From NCBI GenBank assembly GCA_030264375.1, contig JASCQW010000119.1, forward strand, positions 39,674,130 through 39,738,129: 64,000 nt of DNA, read 5' to 3'. Shown here one piece after another: positions 12,336 to 25,439 of this stretch; the stretch's first letter is position 1; each line of letters opens with the position of its first letter. The notes under the pieces were generated by a model. It did no database searches and was not told the DNA's origin. It saw nothing but the letters and a program-made list of their open reading frames with translations. A program made the position numbers and the translations under genes. The DNA is from Carcharhinus longimanus. Lineage: Eukaryota.

Positions 12336-15032
12336 TAGGGTGTTCGTTATAGTTTGGTAGGTCTGAAGAAGCCTTTGTAGCCTTTTGTAGGTTAACTGTA
12401 AGCCTCTGAAGAGCTATTTACAAAAATACAATAAAAGGTAAAGTGAGGAGCTGTCTCTATGCTTGCTGGTACACACTGCTCTGTCCAACATCAAGCTGAC
12501 CCTAGATTTTTATCCTGTGCTCTCTTACGTTACTATGTGCATGGTACTCTACTCAGCTTCTCTGGTCCTCCACTCATTAACCCTATATACGCCAGACCCT
12601 TATACTACACATCTCTCAGCTAACATCACTGAAGCAGATTCACACTGTTGCTATTTGAAACTTTGCTGTGTTTCCTCACATGATTTGTATCTAACAGAAA
12701 TTATTCAAGGTCATTCCCTTTTATGTCTTTTAGAAGGAGAAGCAGTGCAGGAAGGAGTAAAGAAGAATGAGACAGCTTTTGAGGAGGCTGTGCATTCCCT
12801 TTTTCCACTCCATATAGGAATTATCGATTTTGTAGAACTTATATAGATCTTAGTGGGTGGTTTTGTGGCACAACTGGGGCAATGACTACCTGCTTGATTA
12901 GGCATATCTGGCCATGGTTCAGATGACTGCACATAACCTTTGTGGCCCAGGCTTGTTTCAGTCAGCCACTGGGAACAAGCACAACATCATCTAAGTGCCA
13001 CTGAGGTATGAATATATCAGGTAATTATAGACCTTTCTGGAGAGTTGAGAAATTTAACCAGATTAACACAAATGACCTCCAGACATCAGCATGGTGGGGC
13101 TACCAGTGTTCTTAATGTTGGATTTCCAAGAGCACAAGATGATACTCACATACTGTTAATGTCCTGAATGCCCAAATTGTGTTTTATTGTTACACAGCTT
13201 ATTTTATGAGCTATAGACAAAAAATTCTTCACTAATTTCACCCTTATTTACTGCCTTGTATGCATTAGTATAATATAACGTATCTTTATACTTTTTTATA
13301 CCTTTTCTTTCTTACTGACAAATAGCCATACTCATTGAATGATATGATACAGCCAATGTCCCAGACTTCTCGATCACTATTTCTGAGTATGTCCTATCTC
13401 ACAAACAAGACAGACCTACCAGAGGGTGGCAGCACATAAGATATAGTTGGGAAGGAGGGGCTAGCTTTGGGAGGCCACAACATTGACTTATGATACCATG
13501 ATGTTTATGACATTGAGTTAAACATGGGCAAGGAAACCTCCTACTGGCCATCTACAGCCCTCCCTCAGCTGATGAAAAATCATTTGGAAAGGAGCACTGA
13601 TGGTAACAAGAGTACTTCAGTATCCATCAAAAATACTGGTTTGATACCATCACTACCAGCAGAGCTGGCTGAATCCTGATAGACATACATGTCATGCCAC
13701 CATAAAAAGTCAGGAACAATTACCATACATTTAAGTATCATTAGCGCGCTTCCCCACTGTATTATCCCCTATGTAAGGAATTTCCCCCTGCAGGTGTGAC
13801 ATCACGTTGGCAGAGTTTACAAAAGGTCTGAATCAGTAAGGACCTGACAACAGGTAAGTACGGCTGCTGGAAGGAAGAGAGGGTCATGTTTGGGCACTAA
13901 CCTTGTAGTGTCAGAGTGGCTTCCATTTGGGTGTTTTGGCGTGAGGATGTGTTCCCAGAGGGGAAGGGGGGGGTGTTCCATGTCTGCTAACGGGGGCGTG
14001 GGGGGTTTCAGTTTCCATGGGGGAAAGGAATCTTATTTTATTATTTTTACTTTTAGATTGGGGAAATCTGATCTATCAGGGCTGAGGTTGCTGGTGGATG
14101 GGCTCATTCTGAGCCCCCCCTACCCACCCACTCACCCAGTCAGCATAATATTATGGATCCCATCCCTTCCGTTTTTTTCAAAGTGTTTGAAAATTTGGTG
14201 GGAATAGCTGGCAAGGTGCTGGTGGGCTGCCTCCTGCTTTTGCTGCCTGAGACAACATTGGGAAAAAAATAATAAAATTCCATCCCAAGCCACCGAGGCA
14301 TGTTGTCAGGAAGAAGTTGAATCTGACTCTGATTGGCACTCCATAGAAGTTCAGGGCCAAAGAGATAAAACAAAATGTTTCTTAGTGGGTGTGGTCACCT
14401 TGCCTTTTGCATTGTGAAGCAATTCAGAACATCTTAAAATGATATGCCGACTACTTTTCAAGATCTACATTGCACTTTTCACATTGTTTTTTAAAGATAC
14501 TGAGCTTTGGTTACTGGCCAGTTTTTTTTAAACTCTCCTGGCTCCTTGTGTGCTTTTCTAGCCTATTCCCACGCTCTCTAGCTCCAAAATACAGACATCC
14601 AAGCTTTGAAACTCAAGCGTAGCCTGCATCCAAACCTTTGCAGTCATCAATCAGATGTTTGTCATCATTCTGCTGAAGAACGTTAACAACATGGCCAAGA
14701 ATCGGCGCTACAGCAAAGGGAAGTCTGCTGTACTGCCGGGGTTGCTACTTTACTCACTCTCCTCCCTCAAACTTTCTTAATTTATCTGTTTAAGGTGCTG
14801 ACTACTGCTTGTGAAGGTTGTGTACGTGCTTGCATTTCCAGTATTTCACGCATGTGTTTATCCAAGTGTGAACAAAGGCAATGATTGTCCATCAGTCATT
14901 TCCAGAGGACATCACAGCTGAACTCACCAGCCACCAACACATGTGGACTTTCCATCAAAAGTTATTGATAATCAAGAGGGGGAAATAGAGCTGAGTTTTC
15001 ACTTTCCTGGTCCTGCTATGGATATTTTTAAC

Positions 15033-15240
15033 AGTAAAAAGTCTGACAACACCAGGTTTTAGTCCAACCTATTTATTTGATAATATTCTCACAAGCTTTC
15101 GGGTTNNNNNNNNNNNNNNNNNNNNNNNNNNNNNNNNNNNNNNNNNNNNNNNNNNNNNNNNNNNNNNNNNNNNNNNNNNNNNNNNNNNNNNNNNNNNNNN
15201 NNNNNCACAAGCTTTCGGGTTAGACCCTTCGTCAGGTGAA
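15033..15240 (-). mobile_element. Penelope-like element terminal repeat fragment
   Basis: gtctgacaacaccaggttttagtccaacctatttatttg...cacaagctttcgg, shared with 20067-20140 and 39227-39350. Confidence 0.75.
15206..15239 (-). ncRNA. Minimal type I hammerhead ribozyme motif
   Basis: Minus strand reads TCAC CTGACGA A GGGT-CTA-ACCC GAAA GC T T GTG: stem I CAC/GTG, core CUGANGA...GAAA, 4-bp stem II, palindromic AGCT stem III. Confidence 0.75.
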
Positions 15241-15886
15241 TGGAGAGCTCTGGCCTCAGACAGAGCATATAAAGCACAGATTCACTCAGTAGAGTTAGTC
15301 AACTCTTTCACTGGTGCAAACCATTTTATCTGTTTTGAATTAATTACACCTCAAACAATGTTAACCCATATTTGTGTTTATATCAAACACAAAACTAACG
15401 ATATTAAGTCAGTCTATAAAATTAATCAGCGATTTATAGGAAAAATGACAATGAGATAAGTGCAGTTAAAGTATATTGGGGAAAAAAGGGAGAATTTTTA
15501 ACACTCCTTGTGTTAGATGGTGTTGATAAAATTGAGCAGGTCCGTCAGTCATCCCTCTATTCTTATCCCATGGGAATTTTAACACCACTATTTATAATGA
15601 TGGATAATTGGTCTCTTACATGTATGTAAATCGGGCCTTTTAATTGTAATCTGAGCAGGAGGACCACCTTGCTTACTGAAAGTAGCCTTGAGGATTGAAG
15701 GAACCTTGAAAGGTAAGTGTTAAACTTTCCTTTGTGAGGCCAGAAGTAGCACGAGTGTTTCTTCAGACTTAAAAGGAGTGAATCAGAGTCCAATAGCATG
15801 TTTCCTTCCCACCTGCAACAGCCTGAAAAATGTCTCTCCCTGTTACTTATCCTCCAACAGTGAGTTGCAACTAGGCTGCCCATAGT

Positions 15887-16053
15887 CCATGGATGTGTGG
15901 GTTAGGTGATTGACCATGCTCAATTGCCCCTTAGTGTCAGGTGGACTAGCTAGGGTAAATGCATGGGTTTAGGGGGATAGGACCTGGGTGGGATTGTGGT
16001 TTGTGCCAACTTGATGGGCCAAATGGCCTCCTTCTGCACCATAGGATTCTATG
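15887..16053 (+). mobile_element. V-SINE 3' half with CR1-type tail
   Basis: gatgtgtgggttaggtgattgaccatgctcaattgcccctta...gatgggccaaatggcctccttctgcacc.taggattctat. Confidence 0.8.
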
Positions 16054-16828
16054 ATAACAAGACAGCTTTCAGTCAACTCTCTGTTTTGGAAGAGCTTCTG
16101 ACCAATTAGAGGTGAGTGAGCTAAGAAATTAAACTATTTGGGGCCTCAGGTTGTTAAGGATTATGACCCAAAGCTTTCCAATGTGAAGTGTGGTGAAATG
16201 ATTAAATAGAGCAGGCTTTCTCAAAATTGAAGCATTATTCATTGTATAAAATTCAAGTTACAAAGCCACATTCACCATTAAGAGATTGAACAAAAAGCTG
16301 TGAAAATTATCAAACAAAAAAATAACTAACTTAACTTTAAAGTATATTCGATGTGAAACGTCTGTAATTAAAAAAAAACTAGATGTGACCCATGATGGAT
16401 GAGATTTTCTGAATGCATGTGACCCAAGACTGGAAATTCCTGCCCAAGGTCAATGGACCTATAAATAGTCAGCCAAGTTTTCTGTACCGCCTGCCACTAT
16501 TTCCACAATGGGCCGGATGGGAAAATTCCCCCCAATATGTTGTAATATTCTCACTGGGCTTTATTGACGCAAACTATTGATTGACATAAACACTGAGAAG
16601 GTATCCATATGCTAAAAATGCACTTGACATCTGTTTTGTGTGATTGCCGCATTATTCGTCGTTCAGAACCATTACTTGAATATTATACATATGTTAATAG
16701 ATAGCAATATAATTTGAAACAATCTGTGTTTTTGTTGTTGCTATTTTTATCAGTTTTGTTTTGTTCACAAAAAATAATTCTGAATTTTTAAAATTGTTAA
16801 ACATATTCTTCATGTGAAATGAGACACT

Positions 16829-17140
16829 TAGAAACCATAGAAGGTTTCTACAGTGTAGAATGAGATTATTCAGCCCATCGAGTCTGCACCAACTACAATC
16901 CTACATAGGCCCTATCCCCAAAACCCCACGTATTTACACCGCTATTCCCTCTAACCTACGCGTCCTGGAACACTAAGGGGCAATTTAGTATGGCCAATGC
17001 ACCTAACCTGCACATCTTTGGACTGTGGGAGGAAACTGGAGTACCTGGGGGAAACCCACGCAGACATGGGGAAAACGTGCAAACTCCACACAGACAGTGA
17101 CCCAAGTTGGGAATCGAACCCAGGTCTCTGGAGCTGTGAG
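16829..17140 (-). mobile_element. V-SINE (HE1-like)
   Basis: Reverse complement of the B-box (gggttcgattccc), V core and tail. Confidence 0.88.
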
Positions 17141-18739
17141 TTTGATTCCTGGCTTGGGTCACTGTGTCAATGTATGTGTTGTAGTTAGGTTTGACTTATG
17201 AACTACCTGTAGTTAAAATGGGATTATTTCCTGTGAGTCAAAGCCAGTATGAGGATTTTTATTTGTTAGTCAATGAAAACAGAATGCTTGAAAATAATTA
17301 CTGAATGCTGAACTTTGGGAGGAGGGAAAATGACTTGCAGAAGCATGTGAATGAGTTATACAAGTCTTTCTTTAGCTTTGTGTGAATTTCGATATGACTG
17401 GAAAATGTGCAATACAATATTGTCATGCAAATACTTAACATATTCATATCCAGCTCCTTCATCTTTATTTTAACAGAGGCATTATACTGTTTAAAATAGT
17501 ATAGATATAATGTCATAGCTTAAATTATCAAAGCTGCCATAAATGCACACTTGCAGTAACTACAGAGAGGAGAGATTTTTTTCTGCATTCCTTTCTATTT
17601 AAAACTAATTTAAATTTCATAGCCCCAAATTCCTAGCACCAGATCAGCCCTTGAATAGAGTTCAGGTCAGTTGTTTTGCTATTGTAGCTGCTTGGTAGAA
17701 GATATCAGTTTTCTGGGTGTTCGTTGGAAGGCCCAGTTTCTCATACACTGCAAAGGTGTCAACAATGACCTAAAGTTCAGTTTTGAATTCAAAGTGTATA
17801 TTCAATGTGCTGTAACCCAAAAGTCAAAACTTGTGACAAAGCTGAATCATTGTCAGTAAACAGTAATTATCTTGACGAATTTGTGCCTTGTCGTTTCGTA
17901 TGTTGATTCATTCTCCCATACCATCAGGCTCATTAATTGCTAATGGCCAGGTACTCCTGTTATTATTACCTTTCGCCCAGCCTTTCAAAAAAAAACCACG
18001 CCCTGGACAAAAGTCACCCAAGATCTGCTCTCGGCAGTAAAACCATTTATGCAGCTCGTAGATTGCAAATGCCCTGCCTAAGTATCTAGACTCAGCCAGA
18101 TGCCAGTGCTACATTAAGTGCAAAGGTTTGGTGTCCTATCTTATGTCTATGTAATGTGCATAACTGCATGGTTATCTATACTGAAGAATATTTGCAAAAC
18201 TTCAGGTCACTTCCCCTAATCTATTCCACATCCAGTTGCAATTAATTTCCCTCCTCTATATTACTTCTAAATATGCCATTTGCAAATGTAATTCCTTGGC
18301 TCTCCTCCAGATTGTTAATCAACAGAAGAGGACCCAGCACTGAGTTCCAAGGCACTTCCCTTGTGGCCAAATCCTGTTGGAAAGCTATCCCATTTAAAAT
18401 CATTCCTTGTTGATGGTCTCATAACGTTGTTGGAACATAAATGGAACATTTCTTGTAACCATAACAATAAGCATAAACATTATCAAAATTAATTTAATAA
18501 GATGCCATGGTGATTAAAAGATGATGCTTATAACTGAATTCTGAAATCATGTTCTGATGGTATTATCTTTATAATTGACACAACTTTGCTTAACCTCTCT
18601 GTGGGAGGTACGTACATACCAAGTGGCTTTGCGCTTAAAATGCTCATTATTAACTGTTGACAGACCATTGTTGGTTTCTGCTTACAAAATGTCATTTCAA
18701 CAATCTAACATTGCTTTCCATTCTATAGTTGTTTAATTA

Positions 18740-19080
18740 GGTGTTAGCTTTGGTGCCATTTAGCATTTTGCCTCTGAAGGTTTTGGGTTCAAATCATACA
18801 TCGGGGAGACCACAAATCTCATTGTCTAACCTAACACCAATACATCCCTGAGGGAGTGCTTTTGAAGATATCATTGTTCAGATGAGATATTAAACAGAGG
18901 CCCCATATGCTCCATCAGGTTTACATAAAAGTCCTTTGGGAATAACCACATAGCAGTGTGTTCTCCCAAGTGTATTGGCCAATATTTACCTTTCAATCCA
19001 AATCTGAATTCCATATTCATGCTGTTTATTGATTAGTGTGCCCAACTGAGTTATCAATTTCTAATTATGTTACACATTAA
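18740..19080 (+). mobile_element. Deu-domain SINE remnant
   Basis: tRNA-like head (gcctctgaaggttttgggttcaaatc) then ctgagggagtgct...cagatgagatattaaacagaggcccc...ggccaatatttacc. Confidence 0.6.
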
Positions 19081-20066
19081 TTGAAGCATTATGTGGAATG
19101 GCCATTATATTCTATTTCTAGAGGTGAAACATGTGTGCCTTATCGTCTAGAAAATAAAATGGGAAGTGCAAGGGTGATCATTGGTGGAATCATAAATATC
19201 AGATGCAAACCATGCTACTTGGTTCATTAATTCCCAGTAAAAAAATGGCAATGAGGCAAGCTATGGCCTTGCTGAGTTGCCAATATAATTAATTCAATTG
19301 AATATGGAGCACTGTTGCTGCTTCAATTGTATTAATCACTTTATTGATTATGTTTAAAGACTAATTACATGAACAACTAATACTTGTTGGAGAATAACAC
19401 AGACACACATATATTTATATGCATATATTAAAATAGTTTGTAACAATGTCAACAGTTCAAAGCAACTACCATGGGAACGATTAGTTTTTATATTTGTGTC
19501 CATTTCTGGTGGCTGCATTTAGAAGTGTTTTGTCCTCCAAGAACTCAGTATACAGATCTTTTGAAAAATTGATCTGGAGCTCAGCTTTTGGACTATCCAC
19601 TTCCAGTCTGTTACTCTTAGTTCTCCAAATAGTGATCATCATGGAGAACATGCATTCATTTTGAGCATTGCTGTATGGTATGGAAAATATCCAAGAAATG
19701 ATTTTCTTTTGGGACAAATTTGACCTTGTGCACTCCATCTGTGGGAATAGTGGTGCACACTCAAACCCAGCAAGCAAATTTGCACCAGCGAATTTTGATC
19801 TTCCTGGGCCCTTGCCAGCGGAGTAGTGTGAAACAAGTAGCGGGATCACAGAAATTTTAATACTTTAGTGAGCACACCTGCTGGGAATTCCTCATTCACC
19901 GGATATTCAGCAGGCGCCAGAATACATTTTACAATGGCTCCACATAAGCGTGAACCTGGCACCTTCAACTTTGAGGGGGAGTTTGGAGGTGAGTGCTCAG
20001 GCAGCCAGCATCCCCTGGGGTGTTCACTGCTCAGGGTGCACTGGAGAGTATGTGGGGCATTCAGAT

Positions 20067-20316
20067 AAACACAGTAAGAAGTCTGACAACACCAGGTTTA
20101 AGTCCAACCGATTTATTTGATAGTAAACTCACAAGCTTTCNNNNNNNNNNNNNNNNNNNNNNNNNNNNNNNNNNNNNNNNNNNNNNNNNNNNNNNNNNNN
20201 NNNNNNNNNNNNNNNNNNNNNNNNNNNNNNNNNNNNNNNNTGGACTTAAACCTGGTGTTGTCAGACTTCTTACTGTGTTTACCCCAGTCCAACGCCGGCA
20301 TCTCCACATCATGACT
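20067..20316. mobile_element. Penelope-like insertion with inverted terminal arrangement and 10-bp TSD
   Basis: aaacacagtaagaagtctgacaacaccaggtttaagtcca (20067-20106) is exactly inverted at 20241-20280; TSD GCATTCAGAT at 20057-20066 and 20317-20326. Confidence 0.82.
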
Positions 20317-23300
20317 GCATTCAGATGTGACACTCGGAGAGGAGTCCACAGGATTCACTTGTAGACCTGACCTTCCCTTTATCGGAGTGTCCCTTGCTTT
20401 AGAGGGGTTGTGAAGGCTGGTGTGCAGGCAACGCTTCCCATTTCCTCCTCCTGTGTTCCTGTCCATTATCACAGCTGAAGAAGTGCCCTTCCTTAGTGTG
20501 GCTGGCCGTAAGGTGAGAACGCTTGAAAACAGGAGGCTCAGCGCTGTGGGTGACTGTGAGTTACCTGAGTGGGTCTCATGAGAGGCTGGGCTGTCAGGAC
20601 ATAGTAGGGGAATCAGGAATGGGCTACGTCTCCTCTCATGCGACCTAAGGAGCCTCGCACTTGGAGGAGGATGTCTTCAGTGTGATCAGAACGCACACTC
20701 AGGCAGTAGTGTGAGGACAAAAGAAGGCCCAAACAGGGGTGTTTACATAAATAACTCAAAAACACCTGATCCAAACATTTCATGTTTAATTTTTTAAATA
20801 GCACTACTGGGAGTGTAGCTGTTGGAATGGTGAGCAGTGATGGGGCATGGGAGGAAGGGTGGTGTCTCAAGCTATTGAACTCATGTTAAATGGGAATGAT
20901 TAAGATAGGTTGCTAACAAAATCTATATGGTCCAAGATGACAGCTCGTGTGTCAGATCAGTGTTAAAGGGTTGTTGGCACCTCAATCAGCTCACCCTCCA
21001 TGCTTCTGTCACCTGCATAGAGTATCCACACTAATACCCTTACAGTCAGCACACAGTGCGCAGGCCACCTCAGTATTCCAGACAATAGTTTTCTTTAGTT
21101 TCCGGTTTCCGTAGCACCAACCCAGCAACCAAATTTTGTAGCCCCTATCCCTAATGTGGAGCATCCAACTGCATGCACTTTTATTAGATTTAGATCTTTA
21201 TCTCCTTCATGTAATCGATGAAATCCCATTATTGTCAAAAATTCACTTGAATTTCTACTTGGCAGATCTCAGAATGAGATCTTCTCCCCCACCACTCTAA
21301 AATGCTCTAAGATGTATTCAACGTGGTCATTACATCTTCTGCTGCTGTTGCCCTGATGTGAGATGTGGATCGATGCAAGGAGAACTCTGGATGAGTTGAG
21401 CAAGTAATGTAAGTGGCAAAAAAACACAGTCGACACAGTTTCAAGGTTGAAGAAATGAGGCTCTACATTATCTTATTAGCAGTAGAAAACCAGAGGGTTT
21501 CACACATGTCTGGAGAAAGATGTGGTTGGCACATCCAATCATTAATGGGTTTGTCATTTTTGAGCTAACATGCAAATGAAGTAACCATGGAGGTAACAGG
21601 CAAGATGGCTTTAACTGCAAAGAGGATTAAGTGTAAGATTAATGCTTCTTTGCATTAACCAAATAAACTTAATCAACAAACTGTGTAATAAATTAAAAAT
21701 GTACTTCCCTAAAGAGATAAGTCTAAGGAGATGAGTATGGNNNNNNNNNNNNNNNNNNNNNNNNNNNNNNNNNNNNNNNNNNNNNNNNNNNNNNNNNNNN
21801 NNNNNNNNNNNNNNNNNNNNNNNNNNNNNNNNNNNNNNNNNNNNNNNNNNNNNNNNATGAAGTTAGAGAGAGTAAAATGGACCTGTGTGTTGGATTGTGG
21901 CAAGGATGGTGAGGCTATCCATGCAAAGAAGAATGGTAAATGGACAGGTCTGGACTGTTGCTACTTAGTAACCCATTGTACAGGTGAGATTCTCCCTGCA
22001 AATGAACTTGAAAGTGTGCATCACATTCTGGACATTCTAAGGTGCCTCTAGCATTGCCTTTCACTCATCTGTAGATAGCTGCAGTGCCTATGATTATACC
22101 TGTAGTTGGACCAATTCTTGTTGTTGCACTGGCCCCTGGTTGCCAGCATCCTAACTAACCTTCTTGAGACCCCACTGCCTGTTGTTGCACCTCCTGGCCC
22201 TGTGCCTACCTGCACCAGTCCCTGCTCCTTCTCATCTGGATGAGAGGCACTAAGAAAGGAAAGTTACCTGGAGCCTATATCATCTAGGCCTCAGTGGATC
22301 TGTGAATGAATTACAGTACTCAATCTACTGAGCATTTTCCATTCAGGTTTCCACCATCCCAGAGGCACCAAGCCAGTTCTGAGCGTTATGTCTGGCTTTC
22401 ATCTAAACTTTGGCATCCCCACCCTGCTCCTTTTACATAAAGGATATTCTGAGCAGAGATGATTGTTCTTTCTGTTCAAATATGACTTTGCATGGAGACA
22501 TTGGTCTTCGCCAGGATCGTGATAGCCATGTGCGAGAACTCTCCTTTAGACACTAGTTTGCCTCCATTACCCTGAAGACTGTATAGAGAGACCATTGCAT
22601 TGGCATCATAGAAAGACTTATCACTTGAGCCCTTGTCAACTAGGAGCATTCAACCAGGAGAATGGAGGTTTAGAATCAGGACTTTGCTACCATCCACTAG
22701 CTGTGCCCATTGGAGTCATCCACCTCCCTCCCTTTATCACTGCCTCTAACTGCAGCTAATGGCAAATTGTATAGAATCAATTGCAGCTCCAGATGTTGTT
22801 GAGATCTCAATGTTATGAGACCCATGAGCCCAGCTGCCATGTGGAGTTCACCAAAAAGAGGAGAACACAACTGAGCATGATCTTCATGAGTTCTCTGATT
22901 ATTAGGATGTCCTTTCAGTCAGTCAATTGTGCTTACCTTGGACTCCACCTTACCAGCATCTGAAAAGACCCTCCACCCACTTTGAGGGATCGCAGTTTCA
23001 GAGCAATGGCATTGCATAACAGAGAATCCCAAAATGGTGCGCATGGCATTTAAGACTCAGTCCACCACCTTCGACTCTCCTCTATCACCACCAACTTCTC
23101 CCCACCATCTCAAACCCACCTAATATAATCATTCTTCTCCCCTTCTTTCACCCTTGAAACTCTCCAATTTTATACGTATAATCATCACTCAACATATGCC
23201 TAACCTGCCGTCCAAGCCACTGTCCCCATGCTCATCCTCTTCCTGACTCCTCCTGTTATCCAAACCAACTGCTTAATCTGTTTTCGTGAATTCCCCATGA

Positions 23301-23804
23301 AACATTCACCTACCAGACAATCACCCTAGAACTTGCCACCCGAGTGCATCCCACCTAACCCACTCTTGCTGTGATTGTTTTATCTGCCGCTCAGTATCCT
23401 CAGTTCAATCCCAGGAACCCCACCATCAACAGCGCAGGCCTTGCTCTCTCAGACCATCTCTCTCCCACCATCCCTGCCCAGAAAGCCCCTCTCTCACTCA
23501 ACTACAGGACCTCCAGACCCAACAATCAAGGCTCTTCCCTCTATCCCATGTTACTGCTAACCCATATTTCTAGACTGCCTATCTCCCTGTCCAAGACCGC
23601 CTGTTTTCCTTCCCTGAGGCTCCCTCTCTGATCCAGACAATTTGACCTCCTTCCCTGGCCAGCCTCTCTCCCTTCCATATTTCATCTTCTTCCCATGGCC
23701 AGCCTCCATTCAACCTTTCCACTTTACCACTTTTCCAACCTTAGACTGCCTCCCATATCTAGTCTTTGCTCACCCTTCCCACCTTAGCCTGCCTTCTGTA
23801 TAGC

Positions 23805-24512
23805 TAGAGAGGTCCCCTGAATTTTTTTTGATTAATGTTACAGAAGCTGAGTTGGATGTACAGGGTCATATATTCATGTGATACTAGAAGTGGGGGAAGC
23901 TAGGTTGTAGCAAAAAGAAACAGTTTTACCTGTGTTCAGTTGCTGGAGAGGGCTGTTTAAAAATAGAAACCTCCAAGCTGCTTTCTCTCTCTCTTTCCCT
24001 GCAAAGTCTCTCTGGAAGTTCAAGCACAATTTAAAGCAAGTATGCCTGAGTTTGCTAATTGTAATTGAAGTGGGGTATAAGTCTATGTTAAGACTATTGC
24101 TTAATTGGAACTGAAATAGTGATGTTAGACATTAGAGTTGTTTCTTTTCATGTTTAAAGATTGTTCAATGGTTAAGAGTTAAACTGCTTCATTTTGTTAG
24201 CGTTATGCTTGGACTGTGNNNNNNNNNNNNNNNNNNNNNNNNNNNNNNNNNNNNNNNNNNNNNNNNNNNNNNNNNNNNNNNNNNNNNNNNNNNNNNNNNN
24301 NNNNNNNNNNNNNNNNNNTTAAGAGTTAAACTGCTTCATTTTGTTAGCGTTATGCTTGGACTGTGTTATGAATAAAGCTTGGTTTGATAAAAAGTTCCTT
24401 AATTTATCGATGGATTTACTCCTGAGACAAAGCGTCCTTTCTTTGCGTGGGAAAATTATTGGTGTCTAGTCTGACTTCATAATATAACTTGGGTGGGGTC
24501 CAGCAACCTAAT
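23805..24512 (+). mobile_element. Probable solo LTR (Gypsy-like)
   Basis: AATAAA at 24371; the 3' end (gtctagtctgacttcataatataacttggg...cctaata) resembles the reverse complement of the 50707 LTR end. 5' boundary uncertain. Confidence 0.55.
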
Positions 24513-25320
24513 ACTAGTATTTCATCAGTGTACTAGTAAAGTCCTCCACACATAAATTAGTGAATCTGAATGTCAGCTAATGCTGCGTTTTGAACTCCAG
24601 TCCACTGAACAGAAACCCAATGCTCTCTTTGTCTCTGCAGCTAGAGTTACGAAATGCAAAACTATGTTAATATCACATGCTATTAAAAAACTTAGGATAA
24701 TAAAAGTAAAACAAAAGAAGGGAATTCTGTTTGTGAAAATATCTGTATCAAGAGGAATAAAGAAAAATTTAAAGTGTTACTGGCCTTTAAGTGTGATGTA
24801 TTTTTAAAAACTTTGATGATGTAAAACTTTGGAAGTGTTGCTGTATAGATGAAAGTCATGAAATATTGGGCTAGTTCATTAAATCTGACTACTTCACCAA
24901 AGTGACTTCCTAACTTAGAGTCAAACAATATTATTACTACAAAAACAAAACAGATATCACAGCAGTTTCCCAACATTTTGTGCCTAGAATTGACATGATA
25001 TTTGTTTGGACCACGTGATAACTTCCTGATTTCCGGCCTCAAATCATCATTGAGAAGGAAAAGCAACAGTGAGTTACATAAACTCCACTCCAGAATAGAA
25101 GAGAGTCAATAAAAACAAAATTGCAATGGAATAATGGAGATTATAACAGTGGGGCATTCTGATGCAAACATTTTATAAATGGTGTCAACTTCTTGGCATC
25201 CTTTCAGTGATATTGAGAATTACACTGATTTAGTCAAAAATTGAACATCATGCTGTTTTTATATTCCGTGCTTTAAATGTTAAACTGTCAGTTTCTAAGC
25301 ACCTTTATATTTCCTTTCAG

Positions 25321-25439
25321 ATCTTCACATGCAAAAACCAAGGCTGAAGCAGCAGATCAGGCTTCACAGGCTGCAAGCAATGAATCCGCTATTGCGAGGG
25401 CGATTGCCAGAGAGCTGTCTCCAACCTTTTATCAACCAG
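25321..25439 (+). CDS. JPH2: Junctophilin-2, internal coding exon (alpha-helical region; equivalent to exon 3)
   Basis: Acceptor ttcctttcag ends at 25320; donor G|gtgttt at 25440. Translates (R)[39 protein letters not shown](G), matching junctophilin [40 protein letters not shown]. 119 nt, phases compatible with the next exon. Confidence 0.96.

Noticed and set aside
15090-15221. Apparent tandem hammerhead dimer (cacaagctttcgggtt on both sides of the gap)
   Set aside because: Cannot be told apart from a contig-overlap artefact without reads.
16460-16469. MEF2-like site CTATAAATAG (similar ones near 23957, 49308, 50603, 56747)
   Set aside because: Most lie inside transposon remnants, and such AT-rich decamers arise by chance; no supporting evidence.
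24172-24365. About 47-bp exact direct repeat flanking an N gap
   Set aside because: Identical sequence on both sides of a 100-N gap is typical of unmerged contig overlap, so probably an assembly artefact.
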